From Candidatus Bathyarchaeota archaeon (GTDB lineage: Archaea > Thermoproteota > CALKCG01 > B24 > DRYS01), in NCBI GenBank assembly GCA_018396535.1, contig JAGTQC010000003.1:988-64987 (forward strand): DNA of 64,000 bases, in the 5' to 3' direction. Position 1 is the first letter of the stretch. Every line of letters begins with the position of its first letter. The notes below the pieces were generated by a model that saw only the letters and a list, made by a program, of their open reading frames with translations, was not told the DNA's origin and did no database searches. Below, piece by piece: positions 9,905 to 20,552 of the stretch. Made by a program: the position numbers and the translations under genes.

Positions 9905-10450
9905 ATGTCGATGGATATATTCCAAGCTATAACTGGTAGACGTAGTATTAGAACGTTTAAAACGGATCCAGTATCCAGGGAGACTTTAATCAGGATATTA
10001 GAGGCAGCTCAATGGGCCCCATCAGCTGGGAATATGCAGGCTAGAGATTTCATAGTAGTCGAGGATCAGGATGTGAAGGTTAAGCTAGCAGAAGCATCAT
10101 GGGGTCAATACTTTATAGCAGAAGCACCGGTGGTCGTAGTCGTATGTGCAAATTTAGAAAGATCTGCTCAAAGATATGGTGAGAGGGGTAGAACCCTATA
10201 TGCTATACTAGATGCAGCTGCAGCTGTGGAGAATATGCTATTAGCTGCATACGCTTTAGGTCTAGGTACATGTTGGATAGGGGCATTCGATGATGATAGG
10301 GTTAAACGTATACTATCCCTACCAGATCATGTTAAGCCTATAGCGATAATACCCATAGGATATCCGGGTAGGCAGCCTAGACCTACACCTAGGATACCTA
10401 TAAGCCGCATAACCTATAGAGATAGGTACGGAAACCCATACTTCAGCTAG
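9905..10450 (+). CDS. Nitroreductase family protein
   Basis: MSMDIFQAITGRRSIRTF...AAQWAPSAGNMQ... The ORF track start (9839) overlaps the upstream gene, so the internal ATG is the likelier start. Confidence 0.75.
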   Translation: MSMDIFQAITGRRSIRTFKTDPVSRETLIRILEAAQWAPSAGNMQARDFIVVEDQDVKVKLAEASWGQYFIAEAPVVVVVCANLERSAQRYGERGRTLYAILDAAAAVENMLLAAYALGLGTCWIGAFDDDRVKRILSLPDHVKPIAIIPIGYPGRQPRPTPRIPISRITYRDRYGNPYFS

Positions 10451-10460
10451 ATCCTCCAAA

Positions 10461-10472
10461 CAGTTTTTTTCT
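10461..10472 (+). terminator. Oligo-T terminator (T7 run) just after the nitroreductase stop
   Basis: cagtttttttctc lies 11 nt after the stop. Archaeal termination typically occurs at oligo-T tracts. Confidence 0.45.
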
Positions 10473-10636
10473 CAAGATAATTCATTCTAATCCTAGTATA
10501 CCTCACACCATCTACATAGGTATCTGAAGAGTAACCTATAAAAGTTGGTAAGGATTCGATAAGATCATATCTCCTCAAAACGCATCTGAACTCTATTCGG
10601 ATAGACCTGATCGATAACTGTTAAAAGTACGGATAG

Positions 10637-11467
10637 CTATAGGTATGCAGGGCTGCATCTAACACCTTTATCCCTACATATCCTTTCTACTCGTCTTCTC
10701 ACATCCATCCACCATTCACTACTCCTTCTAGTTAGTAGAGGAAGTTTATCGATAGGGTAATTTCCATATTCCTCTAAAGCCATCCTCATCGAGTCTAAAA
10801 CCCACCTTCTCAAGTTAAGCTTATCGTATATGATCTCGCATCCTATACGTTTAGCATTATCCACTACTAGCTCTATACATCTATAATCATCATTTAGATA
10901 GGGTATTATAGGTCCTAGAAATATCCATGTATCTACACCTAGATTAGATACGGTTTCTAAGGCTGAGATTCTTCTCGATGGTGGTGGAGCCTTAGGCTCT
11001 ATTATTTTCGCAATATCTTCATCCATAGTTGTTATAGTTACTCCTACATCGAATAAGCTAGGCTTAATCAAATCTACATCTCTAACGATAAGATCAGATT
11101 TAGTCTGTATAGTTACATGGATATCACCTACGTCGGATAGAACTTCTACACATTGTCTAGTCAACATATACCTAGATTCTAAAGGCTGATAGGGGTCTGT
11201 AACGGTACCTATACCTATAACACCCTTAAACCTACCAGATCTAACCTCCTTCGCTAAGATTCTATGGATATTACGCTTAACTTTAACAAACCTACCCCAT
11301 GATAGAGCTTCAACCCTACCTCTAAGCATAGATCTACCATAACAGTATATACATCCATGCTCGCATCCTACATATGGGTTTAGAGCATAATCTACATCTG
11401 GAAGCCTACTAGGGATTAGTGCATATCTACACTCGACTACCGATACCCTTAGATAGTTATAATCCAA
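10637..11467 (-). CDS. Radical SAM protein of the SPL/DNA-repair-photolyase-like family (COG1533-like)
   Basis: CEHGCIYC CxxxCxxC cluster near the N-terminus. Size and architecture are typical of SplB-like rSAM proteins. Confidence 0.65.
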   Translation of the reverse strand: MDYNYLRVSVVECRYALIPSRLPDVDYALNPYVGCEHGCIYCYGRSMLRGRVEALSWGRFVKVKRNIHRILAKEVRSGRFKGVIGIGTVTDPYQPLESRYMLTRQCVEVLSDVGDIHVTIQTKSDLIVRDVDLIKPSLFDVGVTITTMDEDIAKIIEPKAPPPSRRISALETVSNLGVDTWIFLGPIIPYLNDDYRCIELVVDNAKRIGCEIIYDKLNLRRWVLDSMRMALEEYGNYPIDKLPLLTRRSSEWWMDVRRRVERICRDKGVRCSPAYL

Positions 11468-11561
11468 ACCCTATATAGTATAATTACGGTAAAACTGAGA
11501 TCCTCATAAAGATTGATATCAGATATACAGCGTGAAGAGATGTTAAATAAAGGATTCTAGC

Positions 11562-12080
11562 TCAATGTTTAAACGGATATCTAACACCATACCTATCTAG
11601 GTAGAATAACTCCTCCAAAGGCTTCCTAGGTCTAGGTGGTGGGGTTTCGTCAGGTACTCCAACTGTTAATATTATTATGACGGATAGCTCCTTAGGTATA
11701 CCTAGTACATCCTTAACTTTATCCTCATCGAAGGCACCTATCCAGCATACACCTAACCCTTCTTCGTATGCTTCGAGAGTCATGAAGCTAGCAGCTATAA
11801 ACGGATCCTGTTTATACCATCTAGAGATATTTGGATCACCTAGTACTACTATCACGAATGATGCATCAGCTACGAAGCCCTGCCCTCTACAAGCATCTAC
11901 AAGCTTCTTCTTCATATCACTATCCTTAACCACTATGAAGCTCCAAGGCTGCCTATTACCAGCTGAAGGTGCAAGTCTACCAGCCTCCATTATCCTGAGA
12001 ACCTTATCCTCATTTACTTCGACACCAACCTTATACCTTCTTATAGTTCTACGATTCTTAATTACATTGAATACCTCCAA
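11562..12080 (-). CDS. Nitroreductase family protein, a paralog of 9905-10450
   Basis: NRRTIRRYK...APSAGNRQPW... 172 aa. Confidence 0.75.
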   Translation of the reverse strand: MEVFNVIKNRRTIRRYKVGVEVNEDKVLRIMEAGRLAPSAGNRQPWSFIVVKDSDMKKKLVDACRGQGFVADASFVIVVLGDPNISRWYKQDPFIAASFMTLEAYEEGLGVCWIGAFDEDKVKDVLGIPKELSVIIILTVGVPDETPPPRPRKPLEELFYLDRYGVRYPFKH

Positions 12081-12163
12081 CTATACCACCTAAATCAAGG
12101 CTACCAGATCTAAGATATATTAATATTGTTATGTAAACTAGGAAGATAGCTTGGTGGCCTCCG

Positions 12164-13264
12164 TTGTATAAGTATACTATCCCTGATCGTATGAAGGCCG
12201 CTATCCTGGAAGCACCGTTCACGATAAAGCTGAAATCTATACCTACACCTAAACCTAGGATTGATGAAGTTCTTCTAAAGGTAGCTGCATGCGGTATATG
12301 CGGGAGTGATGTAAGATACTTCATGGGGGAGAACCCATGGTCGCTACATACTTTAGGAATCGAGGAGCCTATCCCTCAGAACACCATACTCGGACATGAG
12401 GTTTCAGGTCTAGTTGTAGATGTTGGCTCACCAGAATTCGAGGATATGATAGGATCTAGGGTTGGCGTTATAGCTTTCAAATCATGTGGGAGGTGTTACT
12501 ACTGTCTTAGAGGTCTCCATAACCTCTGTGGCGATATGCTTCATATAGGTCATGACGGACGGTGGAGGGATAGAGAATACATACCTGGAGGATATGCAGA
12601 GTATATGCCTCTATGGTGGGATAAAGCCCATCCCATACCAGATAGGATAAGCTTTGAAGAAGCTACTCAATTAGACGGTCTAGCCGTAGCAGTGCATGCA
12701 GTTGGTAGAGCAGATATTAAACCTAGCGATACGGTTGCGGTATTAGGAGCTGGACCGATAGGGCTTATGATTCTGCAGGTAGCTAGAGCTATGGGTGCAT
12801 GCAGGATTATAGCTGTAGATGTTAGGAGTAAGCCGTTAGAGGTAGCTAGAGATCTAGGCGCAGACTCTACCATAGACGTATCTAGAGCTGGTATATACGA
12901 TAGCCTCTTAAAGGAGACTGGAGGTATAGGTATAGATGTAATCTTCGATACCGTATGCTCAGAATCCACGATTACTCAATGTTTGAAATCTCTAGCTAGA
13001 AGGGGTAGGCTAATACTTGTAGCGTTGAATCGTTTAGATATCAAATTGAATCTTCTAGATTTGAGCGGGGAGAGGATTATAACATCATCATCTAACAATC
13101 TATATCATGAATATACGGTTGCTGTTAATCTACTCTCATCAGGTAGGGTTCGAGTTAAACCATTCATAACGCATATATTCAGGTTAGATGAAGTCGAGAA
13201 GGCATTCCATGTAGCTATCCATAAGGATGAGTATGAAGCTATAAAGATCATACTAAAACCGTAG
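12164..13264 (+). CDS. Zinc-dependent medium-chain alcohol/polyol dehydrogenase (threonine/sorbitol dehydrogenase-like)
   Basis: GICGSDVRYF, GHEVSGLVVDVG, a structural-zinc Cys cluster (CGRCYYC), and a GAGPIGL Rossmann motif. Confidence 0.8.
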   Translation: MYKYTIPDRMKAAILEAPFTIKLKSIPTPKPRIDEVLLKVAACGICGSDVRYFMGENPWSLHTLGIEEPIPQNTILGHEVSGLVVDVGSPEFEDMIGSRVGVIAFKSCGRCYYCLRGLHNLCGDMLHIGHDGRWRDREYIPGGYAEYMPLWWDKAHPIPDRISFEEATQLDGLAVAVHAVGRADIKPSDTVAVLGAGPIGLMILQVARAMGACRIIAVDVRSKPLEVARDLGADSTIDVSRAGIYDSLLKETGGIGIDVIFDTVCSESTITQCLKSLARRGRLILVALNRLDIKLNLLDLSGERIITSSSNNLYHEYTVAVNLLSSGRVRVKPFITHIFRLDEVEKAFHVAIHKDEYEAIKIILKP

Positions 13265-13420
13265 TCTACCACTAGGTTAACTATACATCCAGTCTTAGAT
13301 TCCACGTATCTTTAAATCTAATCTACATAGTATAGGCTAGGATAGCTTCATCCTTTACATTAAGATTCATATAGCGTTTAATTCTAGTAGAGACTGTTAG
13401 CGTAAAGGTGTAGAAGCTAG

Positions 13421-14617
13421 TTGGCTGCTATGGATGTATCCACCCTATTCTCGCTCATAGGTTTATTCATAATAATAGGGTTTATAGCTGATATAGCCTT
13501 TAAGAAGATAGGTATACCTGATCTAATAGTTCTCGTAGGTTTAGGATTACTGGTAGGTCCTATACTAGGTTTGATAGATGTAGACTATATCAGGGGATCT
13601 ATGCATCTAATATCGACTTTGGCTATAGCTATAATACTATTCGATGGAGGTTTAAGCTTCGATATTAGATCCGTAATATCTGGTGCTTCTAGAGCTGTTA
13701 TCCTAGCTCTATTAGGCTTCATCTTATCTACGATATCGGTGACACTATTCTCTATCTTAATCCTGAACTGGGATATACATAGTGGAGTACTGCTCGGAGT
13801 CATAGTTAGCGATACGAGTTCAGCTGTAACTATTCCCATCGTAACTAGGCTATCAACACTGAACGGTAGGATAGCATCTATGCTAACTCTCGAATCGGTG
13901 TTAACCGATGTATTAGTCGTAGTCGTGGGTCTAACGCTTATTAGGATACCTGTGAATCTAGCTAGTGAATCGATTATATGGATGTTGGTTAGAGAAACCG
14001 TATCATGCTTCTCCATCGGTTGCTTCTCAGGTATAATCGCAGGCTTAATATGGTCTAAAATACTCGAAGCAGCTTACAGGGAGGCTTATAGGGATATTCT
14101 AACATTATCAGTAGCTCTACTACTATACGGCTTTGTCGAGATCCTAGGAGGAAGTGGACCTATATCCGCTCTCTCCTTCGGGCTAACCCTAGGAAATACA
14201 AGGCTGTTAAAAACTTGTTCAAGAAGCGAGGCTAGCATAGGCGTGGATGTTAGAACCTTCCAATCCCAGATATCCTTCCTAGTAAGGACATTCCTATTTG
14301 TATCTATAGGTGTAGTCTCAGTATTCGACGATATAGTGATAGTAGTCATCGGGCTAGCCATATCGATAATCCTCATCATCACGAGATACTTAGCTGTCAG
14401 AGTATCGTTATTCAAAGCTCCTCTAATCGTTAAGCTTAAAACACGAATTCTAACATTCATGGTGGGTAGGGGTTTAGCAGCAGCATCTATAGCGAGTTTA
14501 GCATCGTACTATCGTATACCTCATAGCGGTGAGATGTATAGTTTAACAGTATCAATTATACTGTTCACGGTGATACTCTCTTCTATAGGAGCTATGATAG
14601 AGAAGCTTTCATCTTAG
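13421..14617 (+). CDS. Cation:proton (Na+/H+) antiporter, CPA1/NhaP-like
   Basis: Multi-TM protein with an N-terminal ...IIIGFIADIAFKKIGIPDLIVLVGLGLLVGP... motif characteristic of Na+/H+ exchangers. Confidence 0.65.
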   Translation: MAAMDVSTLFSLIGLFIIIGFIADIAFKKIGIPDLIVLVGLGLLVGPILGLIDVDYIRGSMHLISTLAIAIILFDGGLSFDIRSVISGASRAVILALLGFILSTISVTLFSILILNWDIHSGVLLGVIVSDTSSAVTIPIVTRLSTLNGRIASMLTLESVLTDVLVVVVGLTLIRIPVNLASESIIWMLVRETVSCFSIGCFSGIIAGLIWSKILEAAYREAYRDILTLSVALLLYGFVEILGGSGPISALSFGLTLGNTRLLKTCSRSEASIGVDVRTFQSQISFLVRTFLFVSIGVVSVFDDIVIVVIGLAISIILIITRYLAVRVSLFKAPLIVKLKTRILTFMVGRGLAAASIASLASYYRIPHSGEMYSLTVSIILFTVILSSIGAMIEKLSS

Positions 14618-15706
14618 ATCAGCTCTACCTGCCATATACTTATCCATAACCTCGCTAGGTATATTAACATCAACCTCCCTATGCCTAGTAGCAGACTCGT
14701 AGAAAGCGTCTATAACATACTGCTCTACGACTATACATACCGGATCTATAGGTGACGGTAGCCCTTTCTCTACAGCTTCGATAAACCTATACATCTTCTC
14801 ACGCCAAGCCTCCTCCCCCTTCTTAGGTAGGATAACTTGCGAAGTGAGCATATACCCGTTTTCATCTCTATACAATCTAAGAGGGTTAAGCTTCAAGCCA
14901 CCCATACTACCCATGAAGAATGTTTCGCCAAGGTTATCGTTATGCATAGCCCATGCAACCTTTACTAGAAGTATACCTCCCCCGTCAAATCTTACAATCC
15001 CCATAAAGAAATCTTCGACTTCGAATGCATCTGGATTCCACTTCCATCCCCCCTCGACTACAGCCTCTCTACGTCTCCCTATAGCTGAAGCTGTATATCC
15101 GTATACGCTAACTGGTATAGGTGATAGGAGTATGTAGAATGCATTATCTAGAGCATAGCATCCTAGATCTAAAAGTACACCACCACGGGAAATATCCCTT
15201 CTAGTAAAGCTTTCACCAGGTATAGCTCTCCTCCTCTCTCCCCCTACTATACTCTCTCCATAATAGAACTCTCCTAGTAACCCGTTTACGACGAATCGTC
15301 TAGCAGCTATTATTTCTGGATCGAACCTTGTCTGGAACCCCACCATAAGTATTCTCCCACTCTCCTCAGCTGCTTTAAGCATATTGAAAGCTTCAATACC
15401 AGACGTAGCCATAGGCTTCTCTACGAGGACATCTACTCCATGTCTGAGAGCGTATATCGTCGGCTCAGCGTGGGATGAGTGGGGTGTACATACACTTACA
15501 GCATCGAGTTCGACGGAATCTATAAGATCCTTATAGTTTGTGAAAACATTCTCTCTGGGTATACCGAATTTTTCAGCAAAACTCAAAGCTCTCTCCTCTA
15601 TAATATCGCATACACCGGTAAGCTCAACTCCTAGCTCCTTATAGAATCTTGCATGTGTAGCAGCTATACCCCCAGCTCCTATAATACCTACTCTAACCCT
15701 GCTCAT
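14609..15706 (-). CDS. Gfo/Idh/MocA family NAD(P)-dependent oxidoreductase (ThuB-like)
   Basis: VGIIGAGGIA N-terminal Rossmann motif and an EKP motif. 365 aa. Confidence 0.8.
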   Translation of the reverse strand: MSRVRVGIIGAGGIAATHARFYKELGVELTGVCDIIEERALSFAEKFGIPRENVFTNYKDLIDSVELDAVSVCTPHSSHAEPTIYALRHGVDVLVEKPMATSGIEAFNMLKAAEESGRILMVGFQTRFDPEIIAARRFVVNGLLGEFYYGESIVGGERRRAIPGESFTRRDISRGGVLLDLGCYALDNAFYILLSPIPVSVYGYTASAIGRRREAVVEGGWKWNPDAFEVEDFFMGIVRFDGGGILLVKVAWAMHNDNLGETFFMGSMGGLKLNPLRLYRDENGYMLTSQVILPKKGEEAWREKMYRFIEAVEKGLPSPIDPVCIVVEQYVIDAFYESATRHREVDVNIPSEVMDKYMAGRADLR

Positions 15707-15900
15707 AACCTATCGATTGATAAAGATCGAGCTCATATAAGTCATGAATATATATTCTACAACGGAATATCATAGCCTACTGTATAGTGATTAAGATTTA
15801 GTGGTTGAATCATATCCGCATCCCGATCTCCCGTATTTAAGCGTATACTCAGTAGTTAATCCTTAAATCCTCCGCACCATACATCATACCGTAGACCACT

Positions 15901-17757
15901 ATGAGCCTCCCATCTAGACCTATAGTGGATTCTATCATCGATCTTAAAAACCTAGATTTCAGTATCGGCTTCTTAAACTGGTTTGCAACTTCTGATAGGA
16001 TTGGCGGTAGTACATTTATCTTAGACCCTAATGGTGGTGTAAGAGTTATCTGTCGTGAGGGTGGATGGAGGCTCGAGTATAAGCCTCTACTCAGAGTTTC
16101 TGAAGGAGAGCGTTTTACATTAGAAGTGGAATCCTCTTGTAGACTTAAGAAAACTAGATTCTGTGGTAGGACTGGGGAGTTGGATTTCCTATCGACTAGG
16201 ATCGATATTCTAGATGAGAATAGAAACCCTGTTAGAGTAGTCTTCGATAGATGGATCTTCGGTGATTCAGGTGAACCATTCATACGTACAGATCTAGGTC
16301 TATGGAGATGCGGGGATATAAGGCTTGTAGGATCTAAAAGCTTGAAACGTAGAATAAGCTTCTTCCAGGTACCTAGGGGTGGGAGGTATCTATCTATAGT
16401 TATCGAAGGTAGAGGTGAGGGGGAGAGTTATGTAAAGCGTATCGAGCTTAAACGCGGTATCCCTATGAATATAGAGTCTACCCGTCAACCAGTCTACTTT
16501 AGAGATGCACCTAGAGCCATAGTATACAAAAGGATTAGCTTAGGAAATTATGCTGCTAAATTCCTAAGGATGGGCGACCTCGACGGTGATGGTAATATCG
16601 AATTCGTATTCGCTCAGAACGAGAGGATAGGTCCAGGTGACATATATAAGCATATAACATGTCTCACCGCTATAGATATGGATGGCAGGATCCTATGGCA
16701 GATAGGCTCTCCTTCACTCGAAAACTTTGAAGTTACCTCCGATCTACCAGTCTCTATATACGATATCAACGAGGATGGTAGATGCGAGGTTATATGCTGT
16801 ATGAACTTCAAGATAATGATTCTCGACGGTTTGACTGGAAAGGTTATACGTATGGCCGATACTCCAGAATCATGTACTGGTGGAGGTTATGTCGAGGGGC
16901 CTGAAACTTTATTCGGGAGGATCAGCGGAGATTGCATAGTCGTATGTAATCTAAGAGGTTTAGATAGCGATAGAGATTTCCTTCTTAAAGATCGATACAA
17001 TAATGTATGGGCATATAACGATAAGCTGGAGATGATATGGCATTATAGTGGTAAGCTTATACATTCACCCCTAGTCTACGATATCGATGGCGATGGGAGG
17101 ATGGAGGTATTCGTAGGGGATGCTCTCCTAGATCACGATGGCTCTCCCATATGGCATATAGATATATACGATCATTGTGACAGCGCAATAGTATATAGGC
17201 ATAGAGATAGACTTATATTAGCCGTAGCATATCAGAATGGAGGCTTCCACTTCCTAGATGCTGAGACTGGTGATATAATCAAGGAGTATTACCTAGGCCA
17301 TGCTCAGACTCTTTCACTAGGATATATAGGTGTCGGAGGGGAGAGGCTAATATGTGGGCATACCTTCTGGGGCGGGTTAAACCAATTCATCTTTAATCTA
17401 GATGGAGAGATAGTCTACGCTATATTCGATGGAGTATACGGATGGATACCTGTAAACTGGATTGGGGATGGATCAGAGCTCCTAGCTTCACCTAGAGGTC
17501 TATACGATTGTTATGGTAATATGGTGGTCGAATTCCCAGATCCGCATGTAGGTAGTATATGGGGTTCTAAAGTATTCGCATATGATATCTGCGGTGATGC
17601 TAGAGAGGAAGTTATCGTATGGGATGAGAGGTATCTATCCATCTATACACAGATGGGCGGAGCTAAGCCTAGATATAGGTTTGATAGAAAAATATATAAT
17701 CAAACATTCTATGGTAATGGAAACTTTGTAGGATATAGAATGGAGCTACCATACTAA
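15901..17757 (+). CDS. FG-GAP/Ca-binding repeat beta-propeller protein, possibly polysaccharide lyase family 11 (rhamnogalacturonan lyase)-like; no signal peptide
   Basis: Repeated DxDGDG-type motifs ([47 protein letters not shown]) spaced as propeller blades. 618 aa. Confidence 0.4.
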   Translation: MSLPSRPIVDSIIDLKNLDFSIGFLNWFATSDRIGGSTFILDPNGGVRVICREGGWRLEYKPLLRVSEGERFTLEVESSCRLKKTRFCGRTGELDFLSTRIDILDENRNPVRVVFDRWIFGDSGEPFIRTDLGLWRCGDIRLVGSKSLKRRISFFQVPRGGRYLSIVIEGRGEGESYVKRIELKRGIPMNIESTRQPVYFRDAPRAIVYKRISLGNYAAKFLRMGDLDGDGNIEFVFAQNERIGPGDIYKHITCLTAIDMDGRILWQIGSPSLENFEVTSDLPVSIYDINEDGRCEVICCMNFKIMILDGLTGKVIRMADTPESCTGGGYVEGPETLFGRISGDCIVVCNLRGLDSDRDFLLKDRYNNVWAYNDKLEMIWHYSGKLIHSPLVYDIDGDGRMEVFVGDALLDHDGSPIWHIDIYDHCDSAIVYRHRDRLILAVAYQNGGFHFLDAETGDIIKEYYLGHAQTLSLGYIGVGGERLICGHTFWGGLNQFIFNLDGEIVYAIFDGVYGWIPVNWIGDGSELLASPRGLYDCYGNMVVEFPDPHVGSIWGSKVFAYDICGDAREEVIVWDERYLSIYTQMGGAKPRYRFDRKIYNQTFYGNGNFVGYRMELPY

Positions 17758-18485
17758 AGCTTCTCTAATGGATCTACCCTACCGAATACTGGAGGCCCCC
17801 TCCTAACAGGCTTAGCCCAGAGTATAGCGTTGTATATAACCCTTCTAACGTTAGGATCGTAGTATATCGGGTAGGTTTCATGTCCAGGGCTGAAGTAGAA
17901 TATCCGACCCATACCTCTATAGAAGCAGCATCCGCTTCGAAAAACTTCGCCACCCTTAAACCAGCTTATGAATACGAGTTGATCTGGAGGAGGTATATCG
18001 AAGGGTTCACCGTACATTTCGCTATGCTCCACTTCAAAGTATTCGCCTAAACCATCAGCTATCGGATGCCATGGAGCTACAACCCAAACCCTCTCCCTTT
18101 CACCAGCTTCCCTCCATTTCAAACGACAACTTGTACCCATAAGCCGTCTAAATATCTTAGATAGATGAGCTGAATGGAGGACTATAAGACCCATACCCTC
18201 GGATACAACCCTACGGTATACTCTATCTACGACTTCATCAGCAACCTTCTCATGTGCTCGATGACCCCACCATACAAGTACATCAGTCGATCTAAGCCTA
18301 TCCTCTGTTAACCCATGTTCAGGTTCTTCGAGAGTAGCTACACTAACTTCTAGATTCTCCATTCCTCTAAGATATTCTGCGATAGCTTCATGTATCCCCT
18401 TAGGGTATATCCTAGCTACCTCTGGATCCTCCCTCTCATGGATGTACTCATTCCATACAGTAACCCTGATCATATGCATAATCAA
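17754..18485 (-). CDS. ThuA-like (class-I glutamine-amidotransferase-fold) protein
   Basis: [11 protein letters not shown]...VLVWWGH...GLIVLHSA pattern typical of the ThuA family. 243 aa. Confidence 0.5.
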   Translation of the reverse strand: MIMHMIRVTVWNEYIHEREDPEVARIYPKGIHEAIAEYLRGMENLEVSVATLEEPEHGLTEDRLRSTDVLVWWGHRAHEKVADEVVDRVYRRVVSEGMGLIVLHSAHLSKIFRRLMGTSCRLKWREAGERERVWVVAPWHPIADGLGEYFEVEHSEMYGEPFDIPPPDQLVFISWFKGGEVFRSGCCFYRGMGRIFYFSPGHETYPIYYDPNVRRVIYNAILWAKPVRRGPPVFGRVDPLEKL

Positions 18486-18593
18486 CCCCCTAGAGACTGT
18501 ATTGATTCTTAATTCATAAATAAATACTTAATCGAGGAATGATATCTAGGAGCTGAATATTTTTCTACCTATTCAACGGTTTTATATGATGAG

Positions 18594-20081
18594 ATGTGCG
18601 ATAGATATAGGAATAGGGTGTTGGAGCATATAGATAGGAGGAGATTCTTCTTCATAGGATTGCTAAGCCTAATATGGCTCATCCTTAGAAGCGGTACTAA
18701 ACCTTCAAGAATAACATATCCCTGTCAAAGGGTAGCTCTAGCGAACGTTCAGCTATGGCTCATATTGTACATGGCTCCAATCATATATGCATTTCACGGT
18801 TTAAATCTATCATCTCTTAAAAACTTTTTCAAACGTAAGAAGCTATTCACCATAGCTCTAGCCTCATGTATAATTATAGCAAGCTTTACTACAATCTGGT
18901 TTATCTTAGAACGTAGTCGTGAAGTATCTGTGGAACTATCTATAGAAGGGAGGTTAGCATCTAGAAGCCCGTCATCCGATATATTCGTTATCGTAGGTAC
19001 TAATGGTTATGATGGAGGATTCCGTAAGCTTATCGAACTTATGTCAACCTATGGTATTAGATTTTATAGATCTGATACTGTAGGAGAGCTTAAGGGTCCG
19101 GATGGGTTGATAGCTCGCGATGACGTCGTTATAGTGAAGGTTAATTCTCAATGGGATGAGAGAGGTGGGACAAATACTGATCTTCTAAAAGCTGTTATAG
19201 AAGCTATAGTAGGTCATCCAGATGGATTTATAGGTGAGATAGTCGTAGCGGATAATGGTCAAGCACAGTATGGACCGTACGGTTTTGGAGGAAGTTTAAA
19301 CTGGGATCGTAACAATGCTGAAGATAGGGCGCAGTCTGTACAGAAGGTTGTAGATCTGTTCTCTAACAGATATAGGGTATCCACCTACCTCTGGGATTCT
19401 ATAACACTTAGAAGAGTTAAAGAGTATATCGAAGGGGATATGGAGGATGGATACGTTGTCTACGATAATCCTGATCCTAAAACTGGTATAATCGTATCCT
19501 ATCCTAAGTTCAAGACGAAGTTTGGTACATATATAAGCTTCAAGTATGGATTATGGGATCCGGAATCTAAGAGCTACCGTCAAGATAAGCTTAAGGTAAT
19601 CAATATACCTGTACTTAAGACGCACTCCATATATGGGGTTACCGCATGTGTAAAGCACTATATGGGTATCCCATCTGATAGGCTTACACAGCATAACCCG
19701 CATATATCCGTAGGATCGGGTGGTATGGGTACGCTCATGGCTGAGACTAGATTCCCCACATTGAATATACTCGATGCCATATGGATCAATCCGCATCCTA
19801 GAAGCGGTCCTAGAACACCTTACAATTCTGCGGTTAGAGTTGGGGTTATAGCAGCTAGCCTTGACCCTGTAGCGCTAGACTACTGGGCTTCGAAGAATAT
19901 ACTCATGAAAACTGCTAGTATTCTAGGTTATAGAGATCTATCATCTATGGATCCAGATAATACTTCACCAGGATCATTCGGTTCATGGCTTAGATTATCG
20001 ATGGAAGCTCTTAGAACAGCAGGATACCAGGTTGTAATGGGGGATGAATATATAAACGTATACGTGTACAGATACAGGTAG
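18594..20081 (+). CDS. DUF362-domain protein with an N-terminal twin-arginine (Tat)-like signal and TM segment; probably exported
   Basis: DRRRFFFIGLLSLIWLIL Tat-like signal. A C-terminal LKTHSIYGVTACVKHYMG DUF362 motif, comparable to KAHGSAGFAAAIKNVG in the 1141 gene. Confidence 0.45.
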   Translation: MCDRYRNRVLEHIDRRRFFFIGLLSLIWLILRSGTKPSRITYPCQRVALANVQLWLILYMAPIIYAFHGLNLSSLKNFFKRKKLFTIALASCIIIASFTTIWFILERSREVSVELSIEGRLASRSPSSDIFVIVGTNGYDGGFRKLIELMSTYGIRFYRSDTVGELKGPDGLIARDDVVIVKVNSQWDERGGTNTDLLKAVIEAIVGHPDGFIGEIVVADNGQAQYGPYGFGGSLNWDRNNAEDRAQSVQKVVDLFSNRYRVSTYLWDSITLRRVKEYIEGDMEDGYVVYDNPDPKTGIIVSYPKFKTKFGTYISFKYGLWDPESKSYRQDKLKVINIPVLKTHSIYGVTACVKHYMGIPSDRLTQHNPHISVGSGGMGTLMAETRFPTLNILDAIWINPHPRSGPRTPYNSAVRVGVIAASLDPVALDYWASKNILMKTASILGYRDLSSMDPDNTSPGSFGSWLRLSMEALRTAGYQVVMGDEYINVYVYRYR

Positions 20082-20084
20082 CCG

Positions 20085-20552
20085 CTAGTATTCTGGTACG
20101 AATACTAGAGCAGCTACTGCAGATCCATATAACCCTGCGGGTACTCTTAAAACCTCTATCCTATAGCCTACATCCCTTAAGGCAACGCCTCTAACCTTAC
20201 ACATCTCGTTCAACCTAGCTTGTAGATTCTTCCTCAATTGCTCCTCATCCATATTACCGTGTACCTCAGCTACTAATCCGTAATCACTCCCCTCTATAAA
20301 CCCCCACGCTATCCCAGCTCCTAGCAATTCTCCCGGATCCCCCTCTATGTGAGCCATAACGGTGAACGTTATAGCTCCAGCCTCTATATTGTAGTAGTCT
20401 ATCATCACAGAGCCTCTAGGTATGATCGAACTAACCGGGACGAGGTTACATTGAGCTATACCTGCATTAATTAATGCCTGATCGAAAGCATTAAGTTTAG
20501 ATATAGCACTTAACGCCTTGCCACCTGTTACGAAGAACTTTTTAGGTAGGAT
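20085..20552 (-). CDS. pdaD: Pyruvoyl-dependent arginine decarboxylase (PdaD) proenzyme; start codon is non-canonical or unresolved
   Basis: I extended the track ORF (20085..20408, GTG start) upstream in frame. This recovers ILPKKFFVTGG...LNAFDQALINAGIAQCNLVPVSSIIP, including the Ser-Ser self-cleavage site. An in-frame TGA sits immediately upstream of the ATC at 20552. A GAGGTGGTG SD-like element lies 7 nt upstream. Confidence 0.6.
   Translation of the reverse strand: MLPKKFFVTGGKALSAISKLNAFDQALINAGIAQCNLVPVSSIIPRGSVMIDYYNIEAGAITFTVMAHIEGDPGELLGAGIAWGFIEGSDYGLVAEVHGNMDEEQLRKNLQARLNEMCKVRGVALRDVGYRIEVLRVPAGLYGSAVAALVFVPEY

Noticed and set aside
20085-20408. Treating the GTG-start 107-aa ORF as the complete arginine decarboxylase
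   Set aside because: That version would lack the beta chain and the Ser-Ser autoprocessing site. Both are present in-frame upstream, so the longer 20085-20552 model is preferred despite the missing canonical start.
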